Part shown: piece after piece, positions 25,219-37,769 of the stretch | Layout of the letters: each line of letters starts with the position of its first letter | Numbering within the stretch: position 1 is the stretch's first letter | NCBI GenBank assembly: GCA_028534125.1 | Contig: CM052816.1 | Span: 64,792,001-64,856,000 of the forward strand | From: Lama glama | Lineage: Eukaryota | DNA: 64,000 nt | Direction of reading: 5' to 3' | Notes under the pieces: generated by a model | Database searches by the model: none | What the model was told of the DNA's origin: nothing | What the model saw: the letters and a program-made list of their open reading frames with translations, nothing else | Program-made: the position numbers and the translations under genes

Positions 25219-25668
25219 CATTTATTTATTTAATTTTATTTTTTAAATTGCAGTATAGTCAGTTTATAATGCTGTGTCAATTTCTGGTGTGCAGCATAAT
25301 GTTTCAATCTTACATCTACATACATATAATCCTTTTCATAGTCTTTGTCATGATAGGTTACTATAAGATCTTGAATAGAATTCCTTGTGCTATACAATAT
25401 AAACTTTCAAAAAAATCTGTCTTAAGTATAGTAGTTAATATCTGCAAATCTCAAACTCCCAATTTATCCCTTCCCTCCCCATTTCCCCTCTGGTAACCAT
25501 ACATTTATTTTCTAAGTCTGTGAGTCTGTTTCTGTTTTGTAAGTAAGTTCATTTGTGTCCTTTTTTTAGATTCCACATGTAAGTGATATCATATGGTATT
25601 TTTCTTTCTCTTTCTGGCTTACTTCACTTAGAACAACGATGTCTAGGTCCATCCATGTTGCTGCAAAT
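25219..25668 (-). mobile_element. 5'-truncated L1 3' end with TSD
   Basis: Same family 3'UTR as neighbouring copies; TSD TGTTTGGCC at 25210-25218 and 25669-25677. Confidence 0.9.
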
Positions 25669-26149
25669 TGTTTGGCCTAGTTTAGAACTTTAGCAGATGG
25701 GTCCCTGGGTCTGGAGCTTTGACCTGGCCATTGACCTGGCCCTTGACCTGTTCTCATTACTGACGCCCGCTCTGGTATGTTGTTGTAACCAGGAAGGCGT
25801 GCAAGGTTTACAGAGAAGAGTTCACGGGCCCGGAGATGGTGGTTGAGATCTAATTGCAGGGAACCATTTTCTTTCTGTTCTCCTGCTTCTCCCTGTTCCT
25901 TTTCTTCTCTCCTTCTTTTTCTGTCTGTCTTTCTACCTCTCGTGTGCACCACTCTCATGTTCCCACTTCCTTCCCTTTTTCTTTTTCTTCTACTTCATTT
26001 CTCTCTTTCTCTCTTTTCCTGCATATTTGCTTTTTTTATTCTGACTTAGTTCCAAAATGTTTATTTTAATTTGAGCCTAAAATTTGTTATATAGATTTTG
26101 TCAGCTTTATTGAATGTTATTTTCACAGTTCTTAATTTAAAAACCGGGA

Positions 26150-27350
26150 ATCATGCTACTTACTCAATTTTAAGACTGTATGTGTAAAGCCGCAGTAATG
26201 CAGACTGTGGTATTTGTGATGGGAAAGATGAATACTTGGAGCAGCGGAACAGAGTCCACAAACACAAGTATGGCCAATTGATTTTTGACAAAGATGTAAA
26301 AGCAATTTAAAGGAAAAAGGTGAGGCAATTGTTAGAACAATTGGGCATCCATTCATCTACATGCAAAGAAATGAACCTCAACCTAAACTTCATTCTTTAT
26401 ATAAAAATAGATTAATTAAAAGTGAATCATAGATTTAAATGTTAAACTATACAAATTTTAGAAAAATGGGAGAAAACTTTACTTGCTGTGGGTAGACAAA
26501 GAGTTTTTAGATGTGACACCAAAAGCATGATATAAAAGAAAAAAACATGATGAATTAGACTTCATCACAATTAAAAACTTTGGCTGTGTGAAAGACACTA
26601 TTAAGAGGATGAGAAGACAAGCTGCAGGTGGGGAGAAAATATTTGTAAACCACATATGTGACAATGTACTGGCTGGCATCAAGAATATGTAAAGAACTCA
26701 TAAAGCTCAACTGTAAGAAAACAAACAACTCAATTTAAAAAATGGTAGATTTGAACAGGCACTTAATTTGAACAGGCTTACAGATAGCAAATAAGCACTT
26801 GAAAAGATGTTTAATATCATTAAGACTAGAGAAATGCAAATTAAAACTATGATGAGATACCACTACGTATCTGGTAGAATGACTAAAATAAGAACACTGG
26901 TAATGCCAAAATCAAGTGAGGATGCAGAGCAATTGAAAATCCCATCCACTGATGGTGGGAAGCCTAGATTGGTAGTCACATTGGCAAATAGTTTGGCAGT
27001 TTCTTTTAAAGTTAAATATATACTTACATTATGACTCCGTATTCCTGTTCCTGGAAATTTACCCCAGAGAAATGAAAGCTTACGTTCACACAAAAACTTG
27101 TACATAAATATTTATAGCAGCTCTATTCATAATTGCCAGTAGCTGAAAACAACTCAGTGTTTCTCTTTGAGGGAATGGGTAAACACTGAACATCTATATG
27201 GAATGCTTCTGTGTGTAGGGGAAGGTGTGGCTATAAAATCAGAGCAGGAGGGAGGTGTTTTTTGAATAGCAGAACTATTCTATTTCCTGATTGTGATGGT
27301 GTTTATACAAGTGTATCTGTGTGTTAAAGTTGACACACACACACAAAAAG
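26150..27350 (+). mobile_element. Older L1M (ORF2 end + 3'UTR)
   Basis: Decayed ORF2 remnants (REMQIKTMMRYHY; ccaattgatttttgacaaag; cccagagaaatgaaagcttacgttcacacaaaaacttgtac). Confidence 0.85.
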
Positions 27351-27528
27351 AGAAAGATCAATTTTACTAGAGGCTAATAACATTTTTTTAAGGCCAGAGA
27401 TTTGAAAAGTCTCTGTTGGTACCTCTAGTGAAAGAAACCCCAATTTATGTTGTTTGAGGTACATGGCCCTTTAGTCATTTTCTGTGACCCTGGGAAGAAT
27501 TTATTCATTATTACCCTATAGGTCTTTT

Positions 27529-27684
27529 TTTTTTTAAATTTAATTTTATTGAATTATAGTCAGTATACAATGTTGTGTCAATTTCCAGTGTAGCACACAA
27601 TTTTTCAGTCATACATGAGCATACATATATTCATTGTCACATTTTTTTTTCCCCGCTGTGAGGTACCACATCTTGTGGTAACCT
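27529..27684 (-). mobile_element. Short young L1 3' end with TSD
   Basis: TSD TATAGGTCTTTT at 27517-27528 and 27685-27696. Confidence 0.88.
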
Positions 27685-27741
27685 TATAGGTCTTTTGAGG
27701 GGGATGATTTTTAGGAACTTCTTCAAGCTAATGGACTATTG

Positions 27742-27755
27742 GCTCCCTCTAGTGG
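27742..27755 (-). promoter_or_regulatory. Candidate CTCF site (CCACTAGAGGGAGC, reverse orientation)
   Basis: Close match to the CTCF core consensus CCASYAGRKGGCRS; the identical 14-mer recurs at 40329 and 44130. Confidence 0.6.
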
Positions 27756-30700
27756 ACATCTTTTGTTTTATAGTAAAGCTCAGAATTGTGATTGTGATTT
27801 TGCTTTTCTTTTGTTTTTACGTTTCCTCAGGTCCTGAGTTCTTGTCCTGTGATAGTTGGATACATTTCTTACTCTTCCTATGCATCAGTTTTTTCATCTA
27901 TAAAGTGACAGGGATAGACTAGATCTTTAAGGTCTTTTTTTCATTCTTAGCTTTTATGATTCCAAATATTGAGTACTTACCAAAAGTGTTTCCCAAGTTC
28001 AAGGCAATGAAGGAGATAAAGAACTACAACATGATTCTTTTCTTCTTTAACTTTGCAGTCTCTCTTGAGAGCTGGAGTATATCTATATGAAAAAGATAAG
28101 TAGCAGAACCAAGGCAGCATTGAATTAATTAACCAAAATGAACCTGTGACAAAAAATTAGAGGCACTATACTGGCAGTCCTTGGGTTGATACAGCTGTTT
28201 TGTTTGACTGGCATAGTGTTTTTAGTCACTGAATTTTTTTTTTTCTGTTTCATTTTTATTTTTCAGTTTTGTGTATTCTGTGAAGGTAATACATTCATGT
28301 GGTTCAAAATTCGCAAAGTACAAAAAAGTATATACAGTGAAGAATCTCCCTTCCACCTTGCCGCCCTGGTGGAGTTCAGGCCTTGAATTGAATCTTTTTT
28401 TTTAAATTACGTTTATTCTAAGGTTATGTTAATTTTTTTATACCTTAAATGCCAGTTTGTCCTGGCTGAGAAGAAGATAAATAACTTCCAAATGCACAAT
28501 AAAAATAGAGTGGAAAGTTACAGGGTGGAGGAGCAGGATAGAAAATACTGTATTTTTACTTTTTCCCATGTAAAGTCTTAACCAGAAAAAAAAAAAAGAA
28601 ATGTAATCACTTGTGGATAGAGTGTTTAAAGACAGTGTAAATTATTTTCTCTCTTGTTAATTTCACACATTGAATATATATTGCTTTTATTTTCAGATTT
28701 TTAAATCATTTCAGTAAAAAGAGGGTAAGTGTATTGTTTGAAAGTTTACAGCGGCAGGATGAGCCCTTTTCGGCAACTCTATCCCCCTCGCTTTCTGGGT
28801 ACCAAAAATTCATCCAGAAGAGAGAAGGCACAAAAGTAGCCAAAAAGTCTTGGACAGCGATTCCTTTTGCTTTATCAGAAACTAAAAGGCCATAGGGCTA
28901 AAATTTAATCAGTGTGAAAATAGACCTAGAATAAATAGATGTGGAACTGGATAGAGTATAGAAAAAACAAGCGAACTTTCTACCCAGTTCCGTTCCCCAC
29001 GGGCACCTGATATTATTAGCCTCTAACACAGAGTCTGAAAAGTTTGGGAACCTGAAAGTCTTTTGATGGAACAAATCCCTCCAGCTGCCACACCTGCCAC
29101 CACTTCCCTACATTCTACCAGACTGTGTCACCAGTATGCTGTCTGTCTGGCAGGTGTAGAAACTGTTTGTGACCCAGTTGGTGTGGACTAGAGTGCTGTG
29201 AGACCTCCTGGAGGAGGAGGAGGAGGCAGAGGACGTCCCTCTGAGTCCTGAGAATAGGGTAGGATCTGGATAAGATGGGATGGGAGGGGAGAGGACATTT
29301 TGTGTGGCCAGGATGGCAAGACCCTGGCTCTCAGTCAGAAATGCAGAAGTCAGCTTTGCTGAGAGGAGGGGGAGACTGACCTGGCTGGAGAGGAAGTTTT
29401 AGGTCAGGAAGTCATAGGGAAAGGAAAAGGCAACCAAAGTCCGTGTTTTGAGTAGGAATGAAGTTTGTGTTCTAGGATAGAGTTCACTGAATAGTAGTCA
29501 TAGAATAGATTTTAAGGCTGAGAAACTGGTGAGGTATTTAAGGTAACTGGCAGGGGTGTTGTTGCCTGGGAGCGAATGCCAGCCAGGAGGTCGAAACAGA
29601 GGGAAGGGCCTGCATTGTATAGCCAGATTCCAGGCTAGGCCCTAACTGCTCTGTAGGCCTCAAGGTTTGTCTGAAGTCTGGTATTTTTTAAATGTATTAT
29701 TCATTAATCTGCAATTACTATTTCCATTTAGAATCTTTGTTACTGTTTAGCATTTTTCATTGTTGTTGAAGCCTGGAATGTAACTGAAGGCTTTTTTGAG
29801 TCGACTGTCCATCCATAAGACCTTGCTGTTCTTCAAAAACATCTGTAGCGTCTAATGGGTGTCTGTCTTGGGAATGGCTTTATTCCTATTGAATGTCTCA
29901 AGGAGTTTGGAGCCTTCGAGGTAGGAGAGTGTCACAGGGTGTCTGCCCCAATACCTCCAACGAGGGTCCAGGTTGCAGCGTCGTAGTGGTGGGGTACTGA
30001 TGGAAAAGTATGTAGAACGCTGCCACGCTTTCTAAACTCCTTTTCTACTTGGTGCGATTCCTTGTTTGAGTGAGCCCTGGTGGGAGGCGCCGCCCCTCCT
30101 CTAAGCCCCCCAGAAGCCTAATAAGGGGAGCTGCTCTCTTCCTGCCTGGAGCCATTTGAGTTCTTAGGGTGCAGGCACAGGTCTACCCTTTGGCTGTTGG
30201 GTTGGAAAGTTCCTACCTAGGATTTTGAATCTTAAGTGAGGGAGGCAAAGAGGAAGGGACGGCTTAGAATTTCTTGTGATAGCCGTGGGGCCTGCAGCCT
30301 GTAGGAGTGAGGCGAGGACGCGAGGACACGAAGACAGAGGCATCTGGAGGCCGTGGAGTCGGCTTGTGGGTCCTGCTGTGGGTGCTGCCCTGGCTTCCTT
30401 TTTCCCCTTGTCCTAGCTTTTTTTTCTCTTTTTTTAAACTTTCTTTTCTGATTCTGGTTCTCCAGCTCTCTCCTACTGACTTTGTGACCTACTTGGATAT
30501 CTTCAAATTCCTTTCTGGTCAAATTAGCCAGAATTGGTTATTGCAACCAAGAACTCAGACTGCTATAACCAGCAATGCCTGTAGAGGGAGCAAAATTCAG
30601 GCAACTTTTTGGGGCCTGGGAGCTAGTGCTGCAATTTCTCTGTATATTTGAACTTCGAGAAAGGTAGGCGACAGATCAGACTGGCCCGGAGCAATCAGAG

Positions 30701-31359
30701 ATATGGGGATGGATTTGAACTCAGGACCCCTGAGGCACAGGAACAGAGTCCTTAAGAATAATGGGCTCACATGGCTCCGGGGCTGAAAGTCTGATTGAGG
30801 TTACTTATCACTGCCTCACTGCTGTCTTTGGCTGTAAAAGATGCCACTAGGTGTAGGTGTGTTAACCAAAAGTCATTAAGTAAACTGTCCTGACTCACAA
30901 AAGGCAGTTCCTGATTACTGATAAACTTCTTTAACATCCATTTTTAGGCTTTTTGGCGGTTAACTCATGAAAATTTCAAACCCACGACTTACCTTTCTAT
31001 CTTGGCCCTTCATTTGTGGCCATAGTTCCTGGGTTTCTTGTTCCCTATCAGGTTCCTTTATCCCTTCTCTTTATATTTGTTTGTTTTATTCACTTGGTCT
31101 TCACTAGCTTGCACTTGGAATTCATTTTTTCCTTAATCCTTACCTAGGTTTCTTTCCTATGAATTCATGATGCCTGGTTATTATTATTAATAGGGAATGG
31201 CATGTCATCGGTAGGGAATGGAACGGTGGAATTCAGGAAAATCAAAGGAGCACGACTTGCTTAATGCTCCCATTTTAGATGGAGAGAAAGCTCTTTTGGC
31301 CAGAGACGGTGGACTGAGCAGGAATAGTTCTCAAATACTGTTGACCTTGAAACAAAATA

Positions 31360-34300
31360 TAGTTGACCCCTGAGCAACGCAGGGGATAGGAGAACCAACC
31401 CTCTGCATTGTCAAAAATCTGAGTATAGCTTTTGGCTCTCCCCCAAATTTAAGTGCTGATAGTCTACTGTTGACTGGAAGCCTTATCAAAAACAGTCGAT
31501 TAACACATATGATTAATAGTTAAAGACACATTTTGTATGTTATATGTATCATATACTGTATATACTTCCTATTGCAATGAAGTAAGTTAGAAAAAGAAAA
31601 ATAATTAAATCATAAGGAAAAGAAAGTACATTTACAGTACTATACTATATTTATTTGTTGTATTCATTTTTTTTTAAGATTCCACATGTAAGTGATAATA
31701 AACAGTATTTGCCTTTCTCTGTCTGATTTATTTCACATAATACCCTACAGGTCCCTCCATGTTGCTGCAGATGGCAAATTTTCATTCTTTTTTATGGCTG
31801 AGTAATATTCCATTGTATGTTTCTACTGTGTCTTCTTTATCCATTTATCTGTTGATGGACACTTAGATTGCTTCCGTATCTTGGCTATTGTAAATAATGC
31901 TGCTATGTACATTTGGGTGCATGTGTCTTTTCAAAGTAGTGTTTTTCTTTTTCTTTCTCTTTTCTTTTTTTTTGGATATATACACTGCAGTAGAATTGCT
32001 GGGTTATATGATAGTTCCATTTTTAGTTTTCTGAGGACCCTCCATACTGTTTTTCATAGTGGCTGCACCACTTTACATTCCTACCAACAGTTTGCTAGGG
32101 TTCCTTTTTCTCCACATCCTCACCAGCATTTATTGTTTGTTGCCTTTTTGACGATAGCCATTTTGATAGGTGTGAGATGATATCTCATTGTGGTTTTGAT
32201 TTGCCATTTCCCTGATGATTAGCAATGTTGAGCATCTTTTCATGTGCTCGTTGGCCATAAAACTCTTAGAAGAAATCATAGGTAGTACGCTCTTTGACAC
32301 AAGTTTTAGCATTATTTTTTTGGATCTGTCTCCTCAGGCAAGGGAAACAAAATAAGAAATAAACAAATGGGACCTAATTAAGCTTTTGCACAGCAAAAGA
32401 AACCACCAAAATGAAAAGATATCCTATTGAATGGGAGAAAATATTTGCAAGTGATATGTATGATAAAGTATTAATATACAAAATATATAAACAGTTCACA
32501 CAACCCAATATCAAAAAAAGAAAACCTGATTTAAAAATAGACAGAAGACCTGAATAGCCATTTTCCAAAGAAGACACACAAGTGTATTTATTGATACTAT
32601 AAATTATGTTATCTGTCTGCAAGATGAATCAACTGTAGATGAGTTACTGTCAGTACCTACATCAATATAGTGTTATATGATACAAACCACTGTAGATGTT
32701 ATATGCATCACTAACACTAGACATCAAAAATGAAAATGTAAGGTGAAAAAGAAATTCACATTTATCTGCATGTATAACGATTCATGCATTGATGACAAAG
32801 AAGCAGCAACGTGATTGCTTCACCGTAGCTTACTGCACTTGATACTGTTTCTTCACTGTGGCCTAGCCTATACACTAATGAATGAAATATTATATCATTT
32901 TTATGGTGTACAGTATTACAGCTATAGTCTTAATACAGTATTGGAAACACTTTGTAATGCTTCTTTAAAAAAACCACTTACCTGTGATGATAGGCTGATA
33001 TGCAGTTTCTCCAATGATGAGAGAGAGACCCATACTGTGTACAGTAATATAACTCTTTGAAAGCAAAGTTATAAAACTTTGTAAGAGAACTAATACATTA
33101 TTAATTTGAGATTAAATATCCCTCACCTTACGCCTACGTGGGGATAGGGTATCCACTCTATGGAAGTCTTGCACACAGTGTTCTACATGATGAAGACTTA
33201 GGTGATGATGATGGTGACACGAGAGTGTCTCCTACGGTTCCTCCTGTACAGTTACTAGATTTTCACAAGAGACACTCACACACGTATACATTAGGTAAGT
33301 TGATTAACTGTACCATACGATGATTATTTACTGTTCACCAAGTGCAAGCAAAGGATTATGAAGGTCTTTGACCTCATCGTCTTCACACTGAGTAGGCTGA
33401 TGAGGAAGAGGAGGAGGGAGTGGGTCCTGCTGTCCAGGTGGCAGAGGTGGGGGAGCTGGCAGGGAGGCGGGCACTCTCAGTGAACTTCACAGAAATACAT
33501 CATAATTTCTGTTTGACTTTTTTGCTTTTCCATTTCTCTGAAAATGTTTCTATGTGATACCAGTCCTTCTTCCACCATTTGCTTTAGTTTTAGTGTCTGT
33601 ATCATGGAAGGGCCCATGTCATAAAAGAAGTCAAAAAGCAGTCTTTGAATAATCAGAACTTTTCTGCCAGATTGTCTGATTTCAGTTTGTTTCCTGGCAC
33701 TGCTGCTTCTGTGTCTTCTTCCTTGTGGTCTGGCACTGGTTCAGAAGGACTCATCTCCAGCAAGTCATCTTAACGTTATCTCTGGCGTGGTGTCTATATT
33801 AGCACCTGGGTTTCTCCAAGAGCCATATCTTGAAACCCTTCAGTCTCCACCCTTTTTTTTGGGGGGGGGGGTCATATCCATAATCTCTTTCATGATTTCC
33901 TTGCTGGCTCTGTTGTAAATCATTTGAAGTCACGCACAATATCAGGACACAGTTTTCTTCAGCAGGAATTTATTGTTTTGCGCTTGATGGCTTTCACAGC
34001 CTTTTCTGTGACAATGATGGCATCTTCAGTGGCGTAATCCTCCAGACTTTCATGATGTTGTATCGGGGTCTCTTCCAGAGCACTGACAGTCCTTTTAATA
34101 AAAGTCCTCTGTGGCATTTTTAAAATCCAGAATAGGGCACTTTTGTCTGCATTAAAAACCTGCTCAAAAAAAACCCAAAACAAACAAACAAAAAAACATG
34201 CTCAGGCAGATATCTAAGTTTCTCCTCAACAATTTTCCTAATGCTTTGGGGAAGTTGTCTGGTGCCTCTTGGTCAGCAGAAGCTGTTTCTCCTGTTATCT

Positions 34301-35364
34301 TGGAATTTTTTAAACCCAACATTTTTCTAAAATTATCAAACCACCCTTTGCTGGCATTAAATTCTCCAGCTTGAGATCCTTCACTTTCCTTTTGCTTTGA
34401 GTTGTCATTAAATGGCTTTGCTTTTCCTCAAATCATATTAGGGTCTGCAAGTATGCCTTTCTTATAGCAATCCTGCACCCACATAAAAGCTGCATTGTCA
34501 ATATGAAATAAAAGGTATTTTGTAGAACGTGCAAGGTTTTTGTGCCTGCGAGATAGCTGCAGCAACAGCTTCATGAATTTCCTTTTCCTTTTCACCCTGG
34601 TCCTTACACTGGGTTCATTTATCCTGAAATGGTGGGCAACCATAGCTGCAGACTCCAGTCTACGGTACACATCAAGCAGTTCGGCTTTTTCTTGTCATGT
34701 CGTGACTTTTCCCTGCTTCTTGGGATCACGCCCAGCATCACTAGTGGTACTTCGTATGGGCCCTGTGGTGTTATGCCAGGTTTACGGCACTAAAAATGAT
34801 GAAAAATACATGAGAACTGTGAGAGATCACTTTTTACTTTGAAACACTATTGACTGAAGAGACAAACTGCTCGTGCAGAGATGATTAGCATCACGGGGCA
34901 TTTTCAGCAGATACTGGCAACGCTTGAGTTCACTGTTATAGCAACAGGAAGTAGCTATGAAATTATTACAGTAGGACAGTGTGTATGAGTTAGTTTTATG
35001 CAATTTTGGTTTAATTCTGTATCTTTGTTTCTTCATGTTTCTCTCAACTGCAAACAACATCATGTACAGTCTATAAGAGTGTGTGTGTAAGTTTGGATAA
35101 ATTTTAACTTTTTATAATAGGTTTGTGTATATTTTATGGTAGTCAGTGATTAAACAGACTATTTTCTGCATATATTTTATGCATTCAAGATACAGCTGAC
35201 TTTTTCTTAAATTTTTTTGATATTTCTAGGCTACACGGTTCATCTGCAAGTTTTTTCCAAAGTGTTGCAAATCTCCAAAAAATGTTTCCAATACATTTGT
35301 TGAAAAAAATCTGCGTATATGTGGATGCACGCAGTTCAAACCTGTGTTTTGCAAGGATCAACTG
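31360..35364 (-). mobile_element. Tigger2-family (pogo/TcMar) DNA transposon with both TIRs and a decayed, internally deleted transposase
   Basis: TIRs (T)AGTTGACCCCTGAGCAAC at 31360, preceded by TA, and CAGTTGATCCTTGCAAAAC on the minus strand ending at 35364. Minus-strand remnants: YRRLESAAMVAHHFRINEPSVRT (HTH), WVQDCYKKGI, QVFNADKSALFW..MPQRTFI, EDAIIVTEKAVKAIK. Confidence 0.88.
31656..32582 (-). mobile_element. L1 fragment with 5' inversion nested in the Tigger element
   Basis: 31656-32258 is antisense L1 and 32255-32582 is sense L1; shared CCAT at the junction; probable TSD TATTTATT (31648-31655 / 32585-32592). Confidence 0.85.
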
Positions 35365-35462
35365 TGATAAAGATCGTGTGGGCACAAGTCAGTTCTTGTC
35401 AGTTAATCCTAAAACTGTAACTTTCTGAGAAAAGTGGGAACTTGCCATGAGATGCATGTTAT

Positions 35463-35780
35463 TGTTATTATTTTTCATTGAAATGTATCTGCAAATCTCA
35501 AACTCCCAATTTATCCCATCCTACCCCTCTTCTCCCCTAATAAGTTTGTTTTCCATGTCTGCGAGTCTGTTTCTGTTTTGTAAATAAGTTCATTGGTCTT
35601 TTTTTTAGATTCCACATATGAGTGATACCATACGGTATTTTTCTTTCTCTGTCTGGCTTGTTTCACTTAGAATGACAATCTCCAGGGCCATCCATGTTGC
35701 TGCAAGTGGCATTATTTTATTCTTTTTTATGGCTGAGTAGTATTACTTTGTATGAATATACCACCACTTCTTTATCCAAT
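35463..35780 (-). mobile_element. L1 3' end with internal deletion and TSD
   Basis: TSD TGAGATGCATGTTAT (35448-35462) / TGAGACGCATGTTAT (35781-35795). Confidence 0.88.
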
Positions 35781-35897
35781 TGAGACGCATGTTATAAGAC
35801 TAGATTTATAAAAGTCATTGAAAGCGGGGTGTACCACCTCTCTGATCTCAGATATGCTTGCACACAAGGAGAGGGAGAGGGCAGACAAATGCTTTAT

Positions 35898-36288
35898 TTT
35901 TTAATTAAAACAATTTTTGTGGCTTTATTTATTTGCTTATTTACTGAAGTAGTCAGTTTACAATGTTGTGTCAGTTTCTACTGTACAGCACAATGCTTTA
36001 GTCATACATGTACATACATATACTCGTTTTCATATTCTTTTTCATTATAGGTTACTGTAAGATATGAATGTAGTTTCCTGTGCTGTACAGCATAAGCTTG
36101 TTGTTTATTTTATATGTAGTAGTTAATATCTGCAAGTCTCAAACTCCCAATTTATCCCTTCCCATCCTCTTTACCCCAGGAGCATAAATTTGTTTTCTTT
36201 GTCTTTGAGTCTGTTTTGAAAATAAGTTCATTTGTCTTTTTTTTTTAAATTCCACATGTAAGTGATATCATATGGTGTTTTTCTTTCT
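35898..36288 (-). mobile_element. L1 3' end with TSD
   Basis: TSD GCAGACAAATGCTTTAT (35881-35897) / GCAGACAAATGTTTTAT (36289-36305). Confidence 0.9.
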
Positions 36289-37079
36289 GCAGACAAATGT
36301 TTTATGTGGGTATCAGACAGCATAGTTCACTTAAGCATTTTTATGCACCTGGCATCTAGACATTTCCCATTTGCTTGATAAATGCCTGGGTTCTGGCCTC
36401 CTCTGAGCACGGTTCAGTGTGTTTTGGGGTCACTGTTAATTAGGTCCCCACATGCTGTTCTTCCCTGTCCTCCTCCCTTCCCGCCTCCCTTTCCTTCCTC
36501 AAGCATCACAAAGTGCCTGCCACACCTGTACCTGGCATATTTGGATGAATGGCCCTGTCTTCAAAGAGTTACATTTCAGTTAGGAAGACAGATAAATCAG
36601 AATTCATTGTCACAAATGCCACTATAAGGATGTGACCTCAGCACTCTAGGAGGACCAAGGAGTCACCTCTGCTTGAGTCAGTCAGAGGTGACATTTGAGT
36701 TGCATCTTGGTGCATCAACAGATGTTTGCCAGGCAAGGAAGGGGGAGAGGTCAATCAAAGTGGAGGGAATTGCTGACGAAAGTAGTCATCATACGTGAGC
36801 TGGGAGGACGTAAGAATAGGTTGAGTGTCATACCCAAGGAGTGGTGGAACATAAGGCGGGGAAAGAATTTGCTTTTATCTGTGTACCCCACACCCAGCCC
36901 AGGGCCTCGTGTTCATTGAGAAGCAAGTTCAAAGGCTAGTAAGTGGGGAGTTCCCTTTCTGCTGGGAAGGTGTTAAGCAGTAATTACCCACCTCTGCTCC
37001 TGCATGAAGGTGGCTCAGTCCTCTCCCACCCAGTGAGCTGTGGTGACATGTACCGCACGCTCGGTCACGGGCTCTAACA

Positions 37080-37230
37080 ACACAGGGTTGGGAGTGAGCA
37101 GGCCTGGCTCGAATCCCAGTTCTCCCACTACCTGTGTGATCTTAGGCAAATTGCTTACAGGCGCTGAACCTCTGTATCCTCATCTTCAAAGGATGGATGC
37201 TGACATGCCTGTCTTGAGGATCTACTGGTT
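37080..37230 (+). mobile_element. MIR SINE
   Basis: ggcctggctcgaatcccagttctcccactacctgtgtgatcttaggcaaattgctt...aacctctgtatcctcatct. Confidence 0.75.
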
Positions 37231-37409
37231 ACCTAGATGGGACTTAGGTATACATCTTAGGTTTGCTAGGTCTCTGGCAACTTCTAGCATGAAAACTGAA
37301 TGTGCCACTTGTGGGAGAGACAGTGGGAACACGACAGACAAGCTCCTTGCCCCGGTGGAGCCTACACAGCGGACAGGTACATGTTCTCATATCTTGGGTC
37401 CCACTGGAC

Positions 37410-37612
37410 TGGTGTCAGCAGACTTGTCCTGTACACGGCCAGATGGTCAGTGTTTGTGGGTCAGACAATCTTGGTCACGTCTGCCTGCCTGCTGTTCGAG
37501 AGGAAAAGCAGCCATAGACCATCAGTGAATGGCCTGGCTGTGTTCCAGAAGAACTTCATTTATTAGAGCAAGTGGTGGGATGTGGCCCTCAGGCCACAGT
37601 GGCTCACTCTTG
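37410..37612 (-). mobile_element. MER58A-like hAT-Charlie MITE
   Basis: aaagcagccatagac...gaatggcctggctgtgttccagaagaacttcattta matches MER58 as recalled; 8-bp TSD CACTGGAC (37402-37409) / CACTAGAC (37613-37620). Confidence 0.75.
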
Positions 37613-37769
37613 CACTAGACAAAGTTTCTTGAGTGCAAGAACTATTACTAGTTCTTATGTCTCTGTTACCTAGTTACTTCTGTTACCTAGTGGTGACTCA
37701 AGTGTAGCAGGCAGTTAAATTGTTTGAACTGATTTGAAGTCGTCACAGAGAGAGTGCAAATTAGTAGAA

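Noticed and set aside
33959..34670. Domesticated TIGD/CENP-B-like gene
   Set aside because: Transposase remnants are split by stops, frameshifts and a large deletion, and they lie between TIRs, consistent with a dead transposon.
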